This document shows positions 40,524 to 56,502 of a stretch of DNA of 64,000 nt, piece by piece. The notes under the pieces are model-generated. The model was not told where the DNA came from. It made no database searches and saw only the letters and a list, made by a program, of their open reading frames with translations. The DNA is from Octopus bimaculoides (Eukaryota). The stretch spans positions 10,764,323-10,828,322 of the forward strand of contig NC_068990.1 in the NCBI RefSeq assembly GCF_001194135.2, read 5' to 3'. Each line of letters begins with the position of its first letter. Position 1 is the stretch's first letter. Both the position numbers and the translations under genes were made by a program.

Positions 40524-41147
40524 TAAATTCAATAATGGGATAAAAATATTTTACAAGATGTTGTTTATTTGTGAAGTCTATATATATATAAACACAAACA
40601 AAACGGAACAAATGGAGAACATACATACAGTGTCACCAAGTCCTTTTCAGTTATCGTCCAAAGGATTGTAGCAATTTTACATTATCGTCTATAGGATCGC
40701 ACTTAGATGCGATCTTTTAGACGATATCTAAAGAGCATTTCGTGACATTATGTGTCTTCTCCGTTTACTTCATTTTGTTTGTATATTATGAGTGTTTTGT
40801 TGTTTTTCACATATTTACATAAATTTAATGTAACGCAGCACACCGTCTTATTTTCTTTACATTCGTTGAATTTCCATATATGTATATATATGCAGGAAGG
40901 AGAAGGTGAATACTTTATTTTCGACCTTGCGTGACGCAAAAAAGGACTTGAATAAAACTACGTGTGCATTCATCATAGTTGAGTGCAAACGAGATGTCAG
41001 ACAATATTTCCAATTACAATAGATGACAAGTCAGAAAACGAATAAATTGACTGCATCAACAGAAGTAGTAAATGAAAAACTATAGATTTGTTACTTCCCT
41101 TTTTTCTGATGGTTTGCTGACAGGGTGCCATATTACCAGGAATTATA

Positions 41148-41225
<78 letters not shown>

Positions 41226-42844
41226 TTTCATATTGAATTTTGTTCACTCTCTCTCTCTCTCATCACACACACACACATAGACACACACACACACACACAC
41301 ACATATGTATATATACATTCAAAATAGAAATTATGGGAGGTAATTAAACGTGGTTGAATATATGCGGAATGAAATAAAATGAAAAAACACAGATTTGTTT
41401 TACAAGACTAAAGAATATATTAGAATCTTAATAGTAAAGGTATTATACAATTTTGTAGAATATAAGATTATTTCCTTTCAAAATAATAAGCGCTTTCGCC
41501 ATCGCTTTTCTAACTTTGAGTTTTGGATATAATCCTGAATTAGACATTTTGCTTGCTTCGGGGGATAATTGGTAATTAAGGTATTTTTCAGTAAATCTGT
41601 AATTTTTAACATTGGTCTACATTTAATTCTGGCTTATTTTAAAATAGATTGAGCACATATCTTGTTTTGAATATAGGTTGATACATAAGGGAAAATTCCC
41701 TACTAATATCTGCCATATGCATAAGTATGTAAACCACCGCTTGTTGGGTGATTCACCACAAATCCTTCATACTCCTATTACCCTGCCGTCGTAAAACATT
41801 GTGACGACTTAACGAATACAAGGCCCAATATTTTAATGACGATATATAATGAATTGCCAATTGTATATACTTGCACATTTCTGTGATCTTCCAAATGTAC
41901 GCACATTATTAAATAAATATGTCACTTATTTTCCAAACGTTTCCTTTTCTATCTTCATACCACTTATGTGAGTGTGCTTCAGTGAGTATTTTAAACAATA
42001 GGCTGAGTATAACTTACTCAAATTTGCAAAAGTTCTCAGCCTATATATCGCTTGTGTACCATGTCCTTAAAATCTGGCTACAAACCCCTTCTCCCTTGCC
42101 GTGTAGTCAACATATTGTCAAAAATATCTCTCCATATATCATTTCTAAGAACATGTTTTTCTATGGCATGTTCTTTGGATGGTACAATATGTTCAGTGGC
42201 TTACTTCACACCTCCCCCACCACTGTTCCTTATCCACTCGTTATTCCGAGCGCTTCTATTGTAAGCGGTGTTCAAGAAGAAAATTCAAAGCAGTTTTCAT
42301 TGTTTTTCTTTACTTGTTTCCATGATAACCTCTTTCTCTTTTGCAATATATTTATTGTGGTTATTTTTTCTTCGGAGCTCTGAGAATTTCTTTTTTTTTT
42401 TCACGGTACACGATGGCACAGACACTGTTCCTCCATTAAAACACGACCTTCTACGCTAATCAACCTTTTCCATCATCACTGCGTTTCATGTTAAGTTTAG
42501 CAATATCCATTTTTAAGGAACGTTATGTAACGTTAGCAGCTTTCTAGTTTCCCAATCAATATCCTGCAGTATTTAGGAGTTCCGGTTGATGCTGCATGCT
42601 ATGTAATGGCGATTGATACAAGCGTGCATTTATAGCTGTGTTAACATGTTTACTGCTCAGAGATTTTTTTTAATGATCTGTTGGCATTTATTAGGTAATC
42701 GTTTTTCATTGTACCGCTAGTTTTTTGCTTGTGTCTTTTATGCTATCAGCTTCCAGCATGCAATTTGTCTCTCTTCATGCCAAGGATACATCACTTATTA
42801 CCGCAAGATATGTCTTCACAGAATACACCTATATATATTATTAT

Positions 42845-43000
42845 TTAAGAGAATCGCTTAAACATCGAAAGAAACCATCGATTTATTTAAGGTCTTTACG
42901 TTCTGAATTCAAATCCATCCGAAGTCAACTTAGCCTTTCATCCCATCAGGCTCGATAAATTCAAGTACGGGGTACGTACTAACATCGATGATATTGATTA
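42845..43000 (+). mobile_element. Degenerate SINE family A
   Basis: tttacgttctgaattcaaatcc ... gaagtcaacttagcctttcatcc ... tcgataaattcaagtac. Confidence 0.7.
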
Positions 43001-46000
43001 ATCCTATAACGTCGAAGCTGTTATTGCTATTATCATTATAGTTCTGGTTAATGTTGATATCCTATTATCAATATTGTTGTTGTTGTGCTTGTTCTTCTTG
43101 TTATCTCAATCACAAAACAAAAGCAACAAAAAGAACATAATAATGAAATTCTGAATATCTTCCTCGCTTTTTCCACGGAGAACATCACTGTGATGGAGCT
43201 TATCACACATCCCGTAGAACATGAGCGTTTTGTCTGTATAGCTCTCTAATTATACAACGTGTGCTCTTTCTACCCAATGCACTAACCAATTGTAAATCGC
43301 ACCGCATTTTATCGGCTCGTTAGTAAAATCAGACTTACTTTTCAATCCTGCTTTTACATTCTACCATAATATAAAATGTGGAATAGACATGGATACGAAG
43401 TTTTTAATATATTTTTGCTTATCCATTGCTGGTATGGAGCTACACGACAACGTTTCATAGATTTTAATGCTTGCTTTGATTACCACCCAAAGCTGGTATT
43501 CTTCATGCCGGGTATTAAATCATTTTGATGGAACTTATTATTTTTAAGATTCTTAACTATGTCTGAGCACTTCATTTCTAAGGAATTAATAAAAGCAAAC
43601 GACTGTGACTCAACTGAGAATCAAATTTGTACTAGAGAACCATCTCATTTGGACACTACCATCACGCTATGATGCATGCACTAATACCTAAAACAAAGTT
43701 GAGTACGAACTTTAGAAAGAATAAAAATCAATAATTGCACTAAATAAATCTTCTACTACCATACATTCAAGTAACGCTGAAGGAGATTACCTCGAACTAA
43801 ACATCCCTCTTAGAAACGTCAACGTTTTTATGTATTTTCAAAATATTAAAAGTCTAGGCACCAACACATAAGACTGGTTAAGCAACTCAATGAATATAAG
43901 TTACATGAATATTCTAGAATGAGATATTTGCTGAAGAAAACAAAGATTCTTCTGACACTACGAACAGTTTATAAAGTCTCTTATGAAATATGTCATTTCT
44001 GATTTGATTATCATTGCACCATAAAATCATATTTAGACTTAACATATTCGCTCAAGACACCGAGAGCTGAAAATTTGTTGGGAAAGATGCAGTTCATTGA
44101 ATCCTTATTGGTACATATAGCACAAACACCAAAGAGATGAAAGGCAAAACAGAACCCATTGGGATGTACATTAAACATTTGAAAGAACAAAGAGAAATAT
44201 GATTTTGTGTTTCAGTCACTTAGTCTAGTGTTTCTGCTAATCTATCACTTTAGCGTCGCATCTAAACAGATTAGCCTTTAGCTAATCATTTCTGTCTAAC
44301 CATTAGATGTTTCCTGGCAAATACACTTTTATAATATTATATTTTTATAATTACAACATGATTCTTCTGTTTTATGAAAATAAAACTATCCATGTTGTAG
44401 TTCAATCACTCTTGATTTTATTGGCACAAATATTTAACAATGCGATGTCAATAACCAGGTTCTCTAGCACTAAGGACAATATATCGAGTATAATCGACGG
44501 GTTAGCCTTTGCGTTCTTAGCTCAATTGAATCTCGACAAACGCAGTTTTTGCCTAATAATACGTAGCATTTTGACAATATTATACTATATTCACTACAGG
44601 CGTATATACAATTATAAACGAAATGTATACAGAATTGCTTTTTTCGCTGCTGTAACTTAGAACAGAATAAAACTGTAACTTTCAAGCCAATATTATAAAC
44701 AGATGTAACTATTTCCTTTCTATATAATATAGATAAATGTATCTACTATGGAGCAACAGTATAGCAATGAATTGGGTGAATGGAAAATGTATTTGTCTTA
44801 CAGCTTGTAGTTCTGTATTGCCAGGTGTTCATTTCGTTTTTAAGCTAGCGCAGTTAAAAAATATTGGTTTTAGTTTACCTCGCTTTCAATATTTCTATAC
44901 AAGATTAACTCAGGAATATAGCTGAGATCGACTAATGTCCACTCATAAGATATTTCGTAGACAGGAATAACTTTCTCAGATATTAGTATCAATTATCTAC
45001 GTAAAGTTAAATCATCGAAGCTGCACCTAGTTCTTACATCACCAAAAGAGAAAAATCATTCTTATTTTGCAATATAGCTTGTCAGTAGTATGATTTGGTT
45101 TCTAAAACTCGCGGTCTTAATACAGTACTTGAATAATGAATATATGATGTGCAATAAACTTACCTATTAAATGGTGTGTCTGTGAAAGCCTTAGCTGCAC
45201 TCACTTTCTCAACAGCAAATAAGTATTTGTTTTTACTAATGATTACAATAATTATATGCACTTCTAGTACAAGAAAGCATGATGAATAATTTGTTTCAAA
45301 CGAGAACTTGAAAATAATTTGCAATGCCCTTTCCACTACACTCCTACAGAATTATTTCATATACATTTTATCATTAATACCTGTCCAATTAAGAAGCCTT
45401 AATTAGAAGTACAATGCTTTATAGTGTTCATCTTTCTGACGCACGCACCGTATCATTATATGAACAGCTCTCCAAGTATATGAGAGATACATTTAAAACT
45501 ACCTTCTCAAAGTGATTACATGTATACATTACACTCCCTAATTTTAACTTATTTACATGACGATATCAGTGAAATATTCCACCACTGAAATCAAAATGAG
45601 CAATTATATAAATATGTATTTTAATGGCTCAATTATGATCAAGCAAAACTTGTTTTCATGGAAAATGATTGATTAATTATTACATATGTAGTGTTAATTA
45701 GGAGATTAACTGAAATTGATATTAAAGATTAAATTTATTAGTTTCTTAGTTAAATAACTGCACGAAAATTAACGTAAGTGTCATTAGTGATAGCGATGAT
45801 ATATGTATTTGAAATATTCTGGCGAAATACGAGAGTTTGCTATTATATAGTACATGAAAGTATTATATGTCATGAAATAAAAATAATTGGCTATTAATTT
45901 CGGCAACGTCTTTTCTTTAAACTTAGAATTTTCGTGACATATAGACGACTGCAAAAAAAATCAATTATAACACAGCCCTAAAAGTAATGTCTCTTAAATT

Positions 46001-46396
46001 CCTCTTGGTGTTTCGCAGACAGGCTGTCTTCATTTTTACAGTTTTCTTCTATTAGAGTGAAGCTTCTCTAAGTAGAGAGCATAGTTCTTTTTATAGAATC
46101 TTGATGGTGATACAGTAAACCACTTTCTCACATTTCTTTCTTACTTAAAATTTAAATTCATCTCGCTATTGTAGGGTATCGCATAACAGCAAACTCACAA
46201 CTATGAAAATCGATTTCACTAGAAACGGAAATATTTGCACAAGTGGTTAAGATATACACTTCGCACCCTCAAGGTTCTGTATTCAGTCTGTTTCAACAAG
46301 TACTATCTCAACCATAGCCTTGAGTTGATCTTCACTAAAATTTGGTTGTCAAAATCTGAGCAGTGCTCCTCATACATACGTACATACATACATACA

Positions 46397-46477
<81 letters not shown>

Positions 46478-46639
46478 ACATAATAGAAGTGTGTTACAAA
46501 AACAAAGTATAAACTACACGTGGAAATGTAAGGGGAAAGTAAGCAGAAAGATAAGCAAAAATGCACATTGGAAATCGAAAAGAAGGTAAGGCTTTTTATG
46601 AAAAGTAACAATTAAAAAGGGAAGGCCGGTTAATGGGAT

Positions 46640-48700
46640 TAACTTACGTGTCCTGTCCGTAAAAGGATTTAGCTTTATGGCGTATGGTCAGATCCCAAAA
46701 TCCTGTTGGCCCATGATCTCTTAAAAATATGGAAGGGGAAATGCCTCACTACTCAAAGGTAACAATTCGGAATTATCTCCCTTTGCTATTGGCTATCTAC
46801 TTGCGGAGTGCCACCAACATGTGAGCTCCAAAAAGCTTGGAGGAACCTCCTGAAATGTAAACATGGCCCGAATATCGCTGTTCTCGAGTTAAGGATGTTC
46901 CCTGGTTCGAGCGAGTCTTTAAGGATTCTCGGATTATGCATAAATTACACCACTCCGTCCCGTTGATGTTGGGGCCTGGGTTCTCGAGGATTTTCCATGA
47001 GATCGAGTACGGAATCCCATTGTCTCTTAGTTTCCAAACGTTTCTGGCCAGTTATTCTACGCATCCACTTTCTGGATCGCTGAAGGAAGACCTGTGGTTG
47101 GAGAGATGTTGCTTCAAAGTATTCCCGGAACATCCAATGTATCTCTGTGGGCGTGTGTTGTCCGTGCTGTATCTGCTGGTATTACTGTTGCTGTTATTAC
47201 TGCTGCCGCCAAAATTGTTGTTGTTGTTGTGAGAGCTGGGGCTGCTGGTGTTGGCATCGATGAGGGTGGTGGTAGCATCGGTAATAGTATCGCCACTACC
47301 GGTTATGGTGAAGACACTGTTGTTGTTATGATTGCGGTACTCTTCATTCATGGGAAAGCTGCAATTGCTGCCAGTGGTGGTTCCGTTGGTCCTTTTCCTA
47401 GGGCCACTGTCAATGATTCTGCTGCTCGTATTGCTTTTATATTATAACTAGTGATAGCACCGGACCTGTTGCTGCTGCTGCTGCTCTAGGTGTTGTGAGT
47501 GCTGCCACTGGGGACGTTAAGGCAGCGGTTGGTAATGGTGCTCTTGATGGTGATACTGCTGTTGTTGTTCGTGTTGCTGCGGTCGAGTGTACTGCCAATA
47601 CTGTCGCTTGTGGCGTTATTGCTATTCATGCTAAAATTGTTAACTGTGGTAATGGTGGCAGTGTTGCTAGTTTTGGTCTTGTGTCTACGGCTGCAACTGC
47701 TTCTGACGGTGATATTGCCAAATTTAGCTAGTACTTCGGCTTGATAGACGACCCTTTCGTTTTCCAGTGGTCTCCCACCGTGCATCTGTCGCGGTCTCTG
47801 CATGAACACCCTGCCTCTTCCTGTGGCTTAGGGGCGCTATCTAGGATGTTCTTAATATTGGGAGCACAACTAAGTGAGACTCTAATGTTGTACCTGTTCA
47901 AGACGGGCCCGTACCAATGGGAGCAAGTAAACCGCTTATCTATTAATTTAAGAAACATTCTACCTACGGGCGTTTTTGTGTTAAGAGAGATAGGGCGGGG
48001 GAAAGCCAAATGTTATTTTTGTGGCGCTTTTATCTGTGGTTGTTGGGTTTTGGCATGGAGGAGATATGGTCCATAAATCCGCTAGCAGCTAGGGCTTCGT
48101 TATAGTACGGGGCCGCTGCATCACAAATCTTTTGTTTGGAGGGAAGGTTCGTGATATTCTAACTAATACCCTTTACCAAGTTTTATAGCACGATGGGTGG
48201 GTGGAAGGAGGTTTTGTTGATGTACGTTAGCCTCTAGTTTAGTTTGTGGTAAGGCCTGTATGTGTCGGAGCCCAAGTCGAGCGTGACCCCTAAGCCTTCG
48301 GTTGTGATGTTGGTCCCTATGGTGATTTTCAATCCCATGGAGGCAAGTGTGTTGACTAGATCCTTTCTAACCCTGTCTACTCTATACCAGTTTGCACCCA
48401 TAGAGATGTACAAGGTGTCATCTCTGTACAGGTCAAAGAGAACAGAATGGAACTTTTTCCAAAGGGTATGGAGGATATACCACCCGATGAGGTCACATAC
48501 GTCAGCGCTATCGTAGGCTACCATTGCTACGTCAAATGAGTCCGTGGGGTCGGATTGATTGACCCATGACAGACTTTTGCTGAACAACACTGGCTTTCTG
48601 GCAAGCATAATAACCTCTACATTTTTGTCGCCGAAGTTAGTGAATAGACGTATGAGGTGGAAAGCATTCTACCACAACCTAACCACACCATCCCTGGAGG
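46640..48700 (-). mobile_element. Penelope-like element (RT with YRDD motif, C-terminal GIY-YIG), 5'-truncated and decayed
   Basis: Minus translations FDVAMVAYDSADVCDLIGWYILHTL, LYRDDTL, LGVTLDLGSDTYRPYHKLN, AAAPYYNEALAASGF, VGRMFLKLIDKRF, RVSLSCAPNIKNI, CSCRDRDRC, VVYQAEV, RYIGCSGNTLKQHLSNHRSSF and VCNLCII. Confidence 0.92.
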
Positions 48701-48804
48701 GCAACGTGTATGAAATTAGATAAAAAAAACACCCACCTAAAATCAAGAACCTCGAACCCTTCGAGTCGGACTGCTTCATAGAAACTATAATCAAAATAGC
48801 TAAA

Positions 48805-49038
48805 AAGCGGCGAGCTAGCAGAAACGCTGGCACGTCGGGCAAAATGCTTAGCGGTATTTTATCTGTCTTTACGTTCTCAGTTCAAATTCCGGCGAGGTCG
48901 ACTTTGCCTTTCATCCAATCGGGGTCAATAATTGAAGTACCAGTTACGCACAGGAGTCGATGTAGTCGACTTAATCCCTTTGTGTGTCCTTGTTTGTCCC
49001 CTCTATGTTTAGCCCCTTGTGGGCAGTAAACAAATAAT
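48805..49038 (+). mobile_element. Full-length SINE family A with a possible 14-bp TSD
   Basis: Pol III A/B-box-like head (cgagctagcagaa / gttcaaattcc); aaactataatcaaa at 48782-48795 and 49039-49052. Confidence 0.92.
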
Positions 49039-49308
49039 AAACTATAATCAAATTTTACCGAAAAGTAAACTATCCGATATATTTTTCAACTTATAAGTGT
49101 CTTGGAGTGCATAATCCAATATTTCTCCTTTTCAGACGCTTGAGTGGTATATGATGGTTTTTCGGTACCCTTTTTAATAAGTTGATCGACAACATGGAGG
49201 TGTGTTATGTTTCCTTGGTGCGTTAATCATATTTATTAGAACTTCTTACGCTTGTTTAACTATAGGCCTGCCTTAAGCAAAAAAAAAAAAAAAAGATAAA
49301 AATCTATG

Positions 49309-49690
49309 AGGCGCAGGCGTGACTCTGTGGTAAGAAGTTTGCTTCCCAACCACATGGTTTTGAGTACACTCCCAATGCGTGACATCTGGGGTAAGGTTTT
49401 TCTATTATAGCATCGAGACAACCAAAAACTTATGAGTCGATTTGGTTGAGGGAAACTTAAAGAAATCCGTCGTATATGTGTGCTTGTGCGTGTGTCTTTC
49501 TGTCTGTGTCTGTCTTACTCCACCCCATTGACAACGGGTGTTGGCTTGTTTGCGTCCCCGTAAGTTAGCAGTCTGTCAAAAAGAGACCGATATAATAATT
49601 ATAATGTTTAAAAAATGTATGTACATTCGACTAAAGGTTTTTCAAGTGGTGCCCCAGCATGGCCGCAGTGTAATACTTGACGCAGATGAA
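49309..49690 (+). mobile_element. Full-length SINE family B
   Basis: Head aggcgcaggcgtgactctgtggtaagaagtttgcttcccaaccacatgg, central (GT)-rich tract, 3' ccagcatggccgcagt. Confidence 0.88.
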
Positions 49691-50304
49691 AAATGACATA
49701 CAATTCCAGTCATGATTGGGAATTTTTTTTCGAACGTTTTCTTTGTTTGCATCCTGAAATATTTCATGAAATGTATTTTAATATTAGAAGATTGTATGGT
49801 GTAACGTGATGGTTATTTGGTTGCTACTCATAGCAGGTCGAGCAACACAGATAATGGTGAAGATGATTGCACTTGTGTAGAAAGAAAAGCGTGATAAGTG
49901 TAATACTGACAGAATTTTTAAATGGTGATAAAGGTGGAAATGTGTAAGGTGCGAAAAAGCAAAAATAAGAAATGTCATTATGGCATCGGAACAAACGTGA
50001 CGAAGTTAAACCCACATACATTAGTAAAGGCATTTCAAATATTTCGAAGACAAATTTCTGTTTATATCAACATATCTGTTACACTACTACAATTTAACTT
50101 GACATTGAAGTGGATGACAAAAAATATAAATACATTAATCAAAATAAATATAGTGAAGAAATGCTGCTAAGAGATGTAGGAGAAAATCTATTAAAGTGTA
50201 TATATACATTTAAAAAGACTTTCAAATTTTTTCGTAATGCAGTTATTATGATTGATCTGTCTACTGTTGCCGAAAGATTCTATTTCAATATTTTGAAACA
50301 GAAC

Positions 50305-50408
<104 letters not shown>

Positions 50409-50409
50409 A

Positions 50410-52550
<2,141 letters not shown>

Positions 52551-52569
52551 AAGAAGAAAATAGAGAGAA

Positions 52570-52910
52570 AGAGTGGGCATTATACCTGCAACTGAATTAA
52601 GACTGTCACGAAGAAATGAGCATGCAATTCTCCATTGTGCTGAATGCGTAATGAATTTGATGACAGTATTGCCTATATTGTAAATGATTGTCCTAGACTT
52701 ACTGGAAAGCAATATATGTATGGCGTTATGACGAGTTTGCAGAAGTTCTGCATTGTAAACTGTGAGAAAAGTGGAGATTGGAGAAAGATAAAGTATATTA
52801 CAACCACAAATCACAGAGTGTGGCTGAATCGGAGGTTTGTAAGATCCTGTGGGATTCCCAACTCAAACACACCAGGTAATGGTGTATAACAAACTGGATT
52901 TAACTACTTC
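52570..52910 (+). mobile_element. Second, older R4/Dong-like fragment (CCHC to RLE start)
   Basis: DDSIAYIVNDCPRLTGKQY ... VYYNHKSQSVAESEVCKILWDSQ; frameshifted. Confidence 0.7.
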
Positions 52911-53891
52911 AACCAGCATGATCTGAGTTAGTATATTTAACCCGCAATGTTTTATACTGGTGTCGGTGTTGTGAATGACTTGCGTGCAATTATTTTTTTA
53001 AAATCCAACGAATGTTTCCAAAACAGGTTCTTATTTTTTTTATTTCTCCTGTTGTATAATAGTGAATATCTAACAAAAATGTATCTTACGTTGATGTTTT
53101 TTCTTTGTGTGCTTCTTTAAATTTCTGCTCTCATCTGATAGATTGACAGGGACGCGGCACTTTTTGTAAGAATGCGAGAAATAGTTGCAAATATCTCAAA
53201 AATAAATCCTTCACTTCAGATAATGCGATAGACGTTCAAAGTTAACGAAGAATATGGGTATCAAATACAATCGCCACTAGACAGCATGCTTTTCATAAGT
53301 TATACAAGGAGAGAAATAGTTCCTATAAAAATATAAAGCGTATTCAACCACATCTATGCAACGCCAGTCTTCAAACTAGTTTGGTGTTAAATGCATTATT
53401 TCTGCCTATTTCCATCTTATTCTTGACCTCAAAGCTATATTTTTGCTGTACTAGCTATACCAACCAAAGGAAAGCTTTTGAAGTTTACTATTTTTCGAAC
53501 GCTTTTGTATTCATTTAACATGCACCTTATATATTGATATATTGCATTTGCTTTTGTGATATATATATNNNNNNNNNNNNNNNNNNNNNNNNNNNNNNNN
53601 NNNNNNNNNNNNNNNNNNNNNNNNNNNNNNNNNNNNNNNNNNNNNNNNNNNNNNNNNNNNNNNNNNNNNNNNNNNNNNNNNNNNNNNNNNNNNNNNNNNN
53701 NNNNNNNNNNNNNNNNNNNNNNNNNNNNNNNNNNNNNNNNNNNNNNNNNNNNNNNNNNNNNNNNNNNNNNNNNNNNNNNNNNNNNNNNNNNNNNNNNNNN
53801 NNNNNNNNNNNNNNNNNNNNNNNNNNNNNNNNNNNNNNNNNNNNNNNNNNNNNNNNNNNNNNNNNNNNNNNNNNNNNNNNNNNNNNNNNNN

Positions 53892-53926
<35 letters not shown>

Positions 53927-56467
53927 GTATACATATATATACGTATATACATGCATGTATGCATCCATCAATATATACATACACATACACACGTTCATAC
54001 GTAAGTACGTGTGTGTGTGTGTGTGTGTGTGCATTCGAGTTAAACAGTTTTTCTTTCGTTATTTATGTGTTCGTCTCTCAAATTAAATTTATCGAAAGTA
54101 TTGCTTCATGCTATCTATATGTGCATGGTTATTTTTTCTTTTCCGTCAGTGCGATACCCTTCGCACATCCACCTGCTGTAGTTCACACCAAATTCTTCAG
54201 AAACTGCCTTTTTCTCTTCTTTATGTCCAATAACGCTTCTGCCACATCCAGCTCCAACACCATCGCCAATAACTCTACGTCCGTCACTACTACCATAACG
54301 ACCATTAACAAGGATTATGATAGTAACCTTACTTCCTTCCGCCTTCTTTCTATTGTCGCTTCCTTTTTTTACTTTATATTATGTCCCCTTCATCGAAAGG
54401 GGCATAAATTGTAAACTCTATGTAGGAAAATAATTTAGCATCAGTGACAATGAGTTGTTAATATATTTTCCCCTCTTATCTAATGCTCCTCACTGAATAA
54501 TCATATATAGCTTTTTTTTCCCCTCCTACTAAGATTTCTCTTTTATTTTCCACCTCGCTTAAAGTCATATGTTTTCGTAAGCACGAGGTGGAAAAATGTC
54601 CATAGTTTGCGATAATTTACAATGATTTGTTTATGTCCTTGTTTTCAACTTTCCCAGATCTCCCTAATAAATAATCTTATGTAGGATTTCGCGCTGTCAA
54701 AATTATCCACCTTTTCTCTTTTTCTGTTTCTATGCTATTCATGTTAGTGGAGGTACACTAGGTTCTCTACTGCATGTGACAGCTTTATTTTGATATTCGC
54801 TGATAGTAGGGAAACAACATCGTCATTGCTGTACGAATGTCAGTAGAAAGACCTACTTATACTAGTAAAGCAACGTAACACAGCATAAACACACTCGAGC
54901 ATTCTACGTTTCAACTGATAATGCTACCGAATATGTTGACGAAGAGAGTTTTTTGGCTTTCCAATCTGGAAGCCTACAAGACGCAAAATACACTCTACAA
55001 AACGGTAGATGAACTCGAGATTATTAACGGCCATCGAAATAATATGATTTATTTGATTTTTATCTTATTGAAATTGTTATTACAAAAGATAGATCCACGA
55101 TTACAGTACTGCTCTTTGTTGGTAATAAAGAAAGTGAAGCACACTATACATGGCCGGGAGATTAAAAAAAAACTGAAAGGAGAAAGTGTTAATATATAAT
55201 TATAAATATAATATCTATTACAGGTGTTTAAGAACAAACCATTAATTGAATGATAAAAACTTAATCGGACAGCCAATACACAATGCGTGCATTACGTGTA
55301 ATACGTGCAATAAGCAATTCGTGCAAACTTGCAAAACTAACAATCGTGTGTTGGTGAAAACAAATGTTTTGGATATGAAGAACGTCAACAGAAGTCAAGT
55401 AATGCAGTATGGACAAATTCATATACTATTCAACTATTGTCTTTATGCCCAAACTAGACATCATATTCCTTATAATTGTCTTTTTTTTTCTTGATGCGGC
55501 TGTTGTACCTCCTGTTTGTGTAATGCGCATGCGTATATTTAGCTCAGGATTTGGACATTTGGATACCAATACCAAATGAAATATCTTTCACAATAATTAG
55601 TTCAAAGAGTTATATTTACGTAAAAACAATCTGTCTTCCAAACCTGAGATCGTTAATGAGGAAATTTCTTTTTACGGAAGGTTTTTCATTTAGTTACACG
55701 CGAAACATGTTCGTATCCGAAACAGCTAGCGTGTAACTAATACTTAGTAAGAAGCCGCCATAATTGTTTATATGCAGAGTTATATTATTTCTCCTTTCCT
55801 CTTCATAAAGTATTTTATATGACGTAATTGTTTGATGGAAGAACACTCGACATTTGTTCTGCGACAGGTTTCTCTCAATGTCAAAATCCAACAAAGAACT
55901 ACGCTAGCACAATTGCTTCCATTGTCATTAACGTTATTTACAATATTTCCGTCTGGTAAAACGTACTGGTGTTATTGTTGTTTCTTTTATGTTATTGCTG
56001 TTTTTCCAAAGTATCAGAAAAAATACATGTTCAATTTCTGTTTACTGATTCTTTTGTGTATATATTTTCAATTCATTTTTTTTTTTTTCAAGAGAGTGGT
56101 AACTATATGTCTCGGAGCTATTTTGAGCGAATGTAAACAGTGAAAATATGTATGTTAAAACGGTTCTTTCATCATAAAACATTGTAGATCTTAAAAAAAA
56201 ACCCACATGTCTTTATGTAGAAAATGCACATTTCGCCACGTTCAAATAAACATTCAGTTGTTAAAAGAAAAATCAACAGATTCTAAATCCAAACAACAGC
56301 AACACGTAAACACGTCTTCCTGAGGGAAACATAACAACGATATCAACAACATCAATAAAATGATGATGATGTTGATGATGATGATAATGATGATGATGAC
56401 GACGACGACAACAACAGCAACAATCGCTCGGTAGTGCAGTGAAAATACATGAAAAAAAAGATAACTC

Positions 56468-56502
<35 letters not shown>

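Noticed and set aside
48805-48880. tRNA genes suggested by A/B-box-like sequences (also 9037, 33540 and 49309)
   Set aside because: They are SINE heads that continue into SINE bodies; no complete cloverleaf.
55246-55494. ITCNTCNKQFVQT resembling a GIY-YIG CxxC start
   Set aside because: Similarity is too short and no downstream endonuclease motifs follow.
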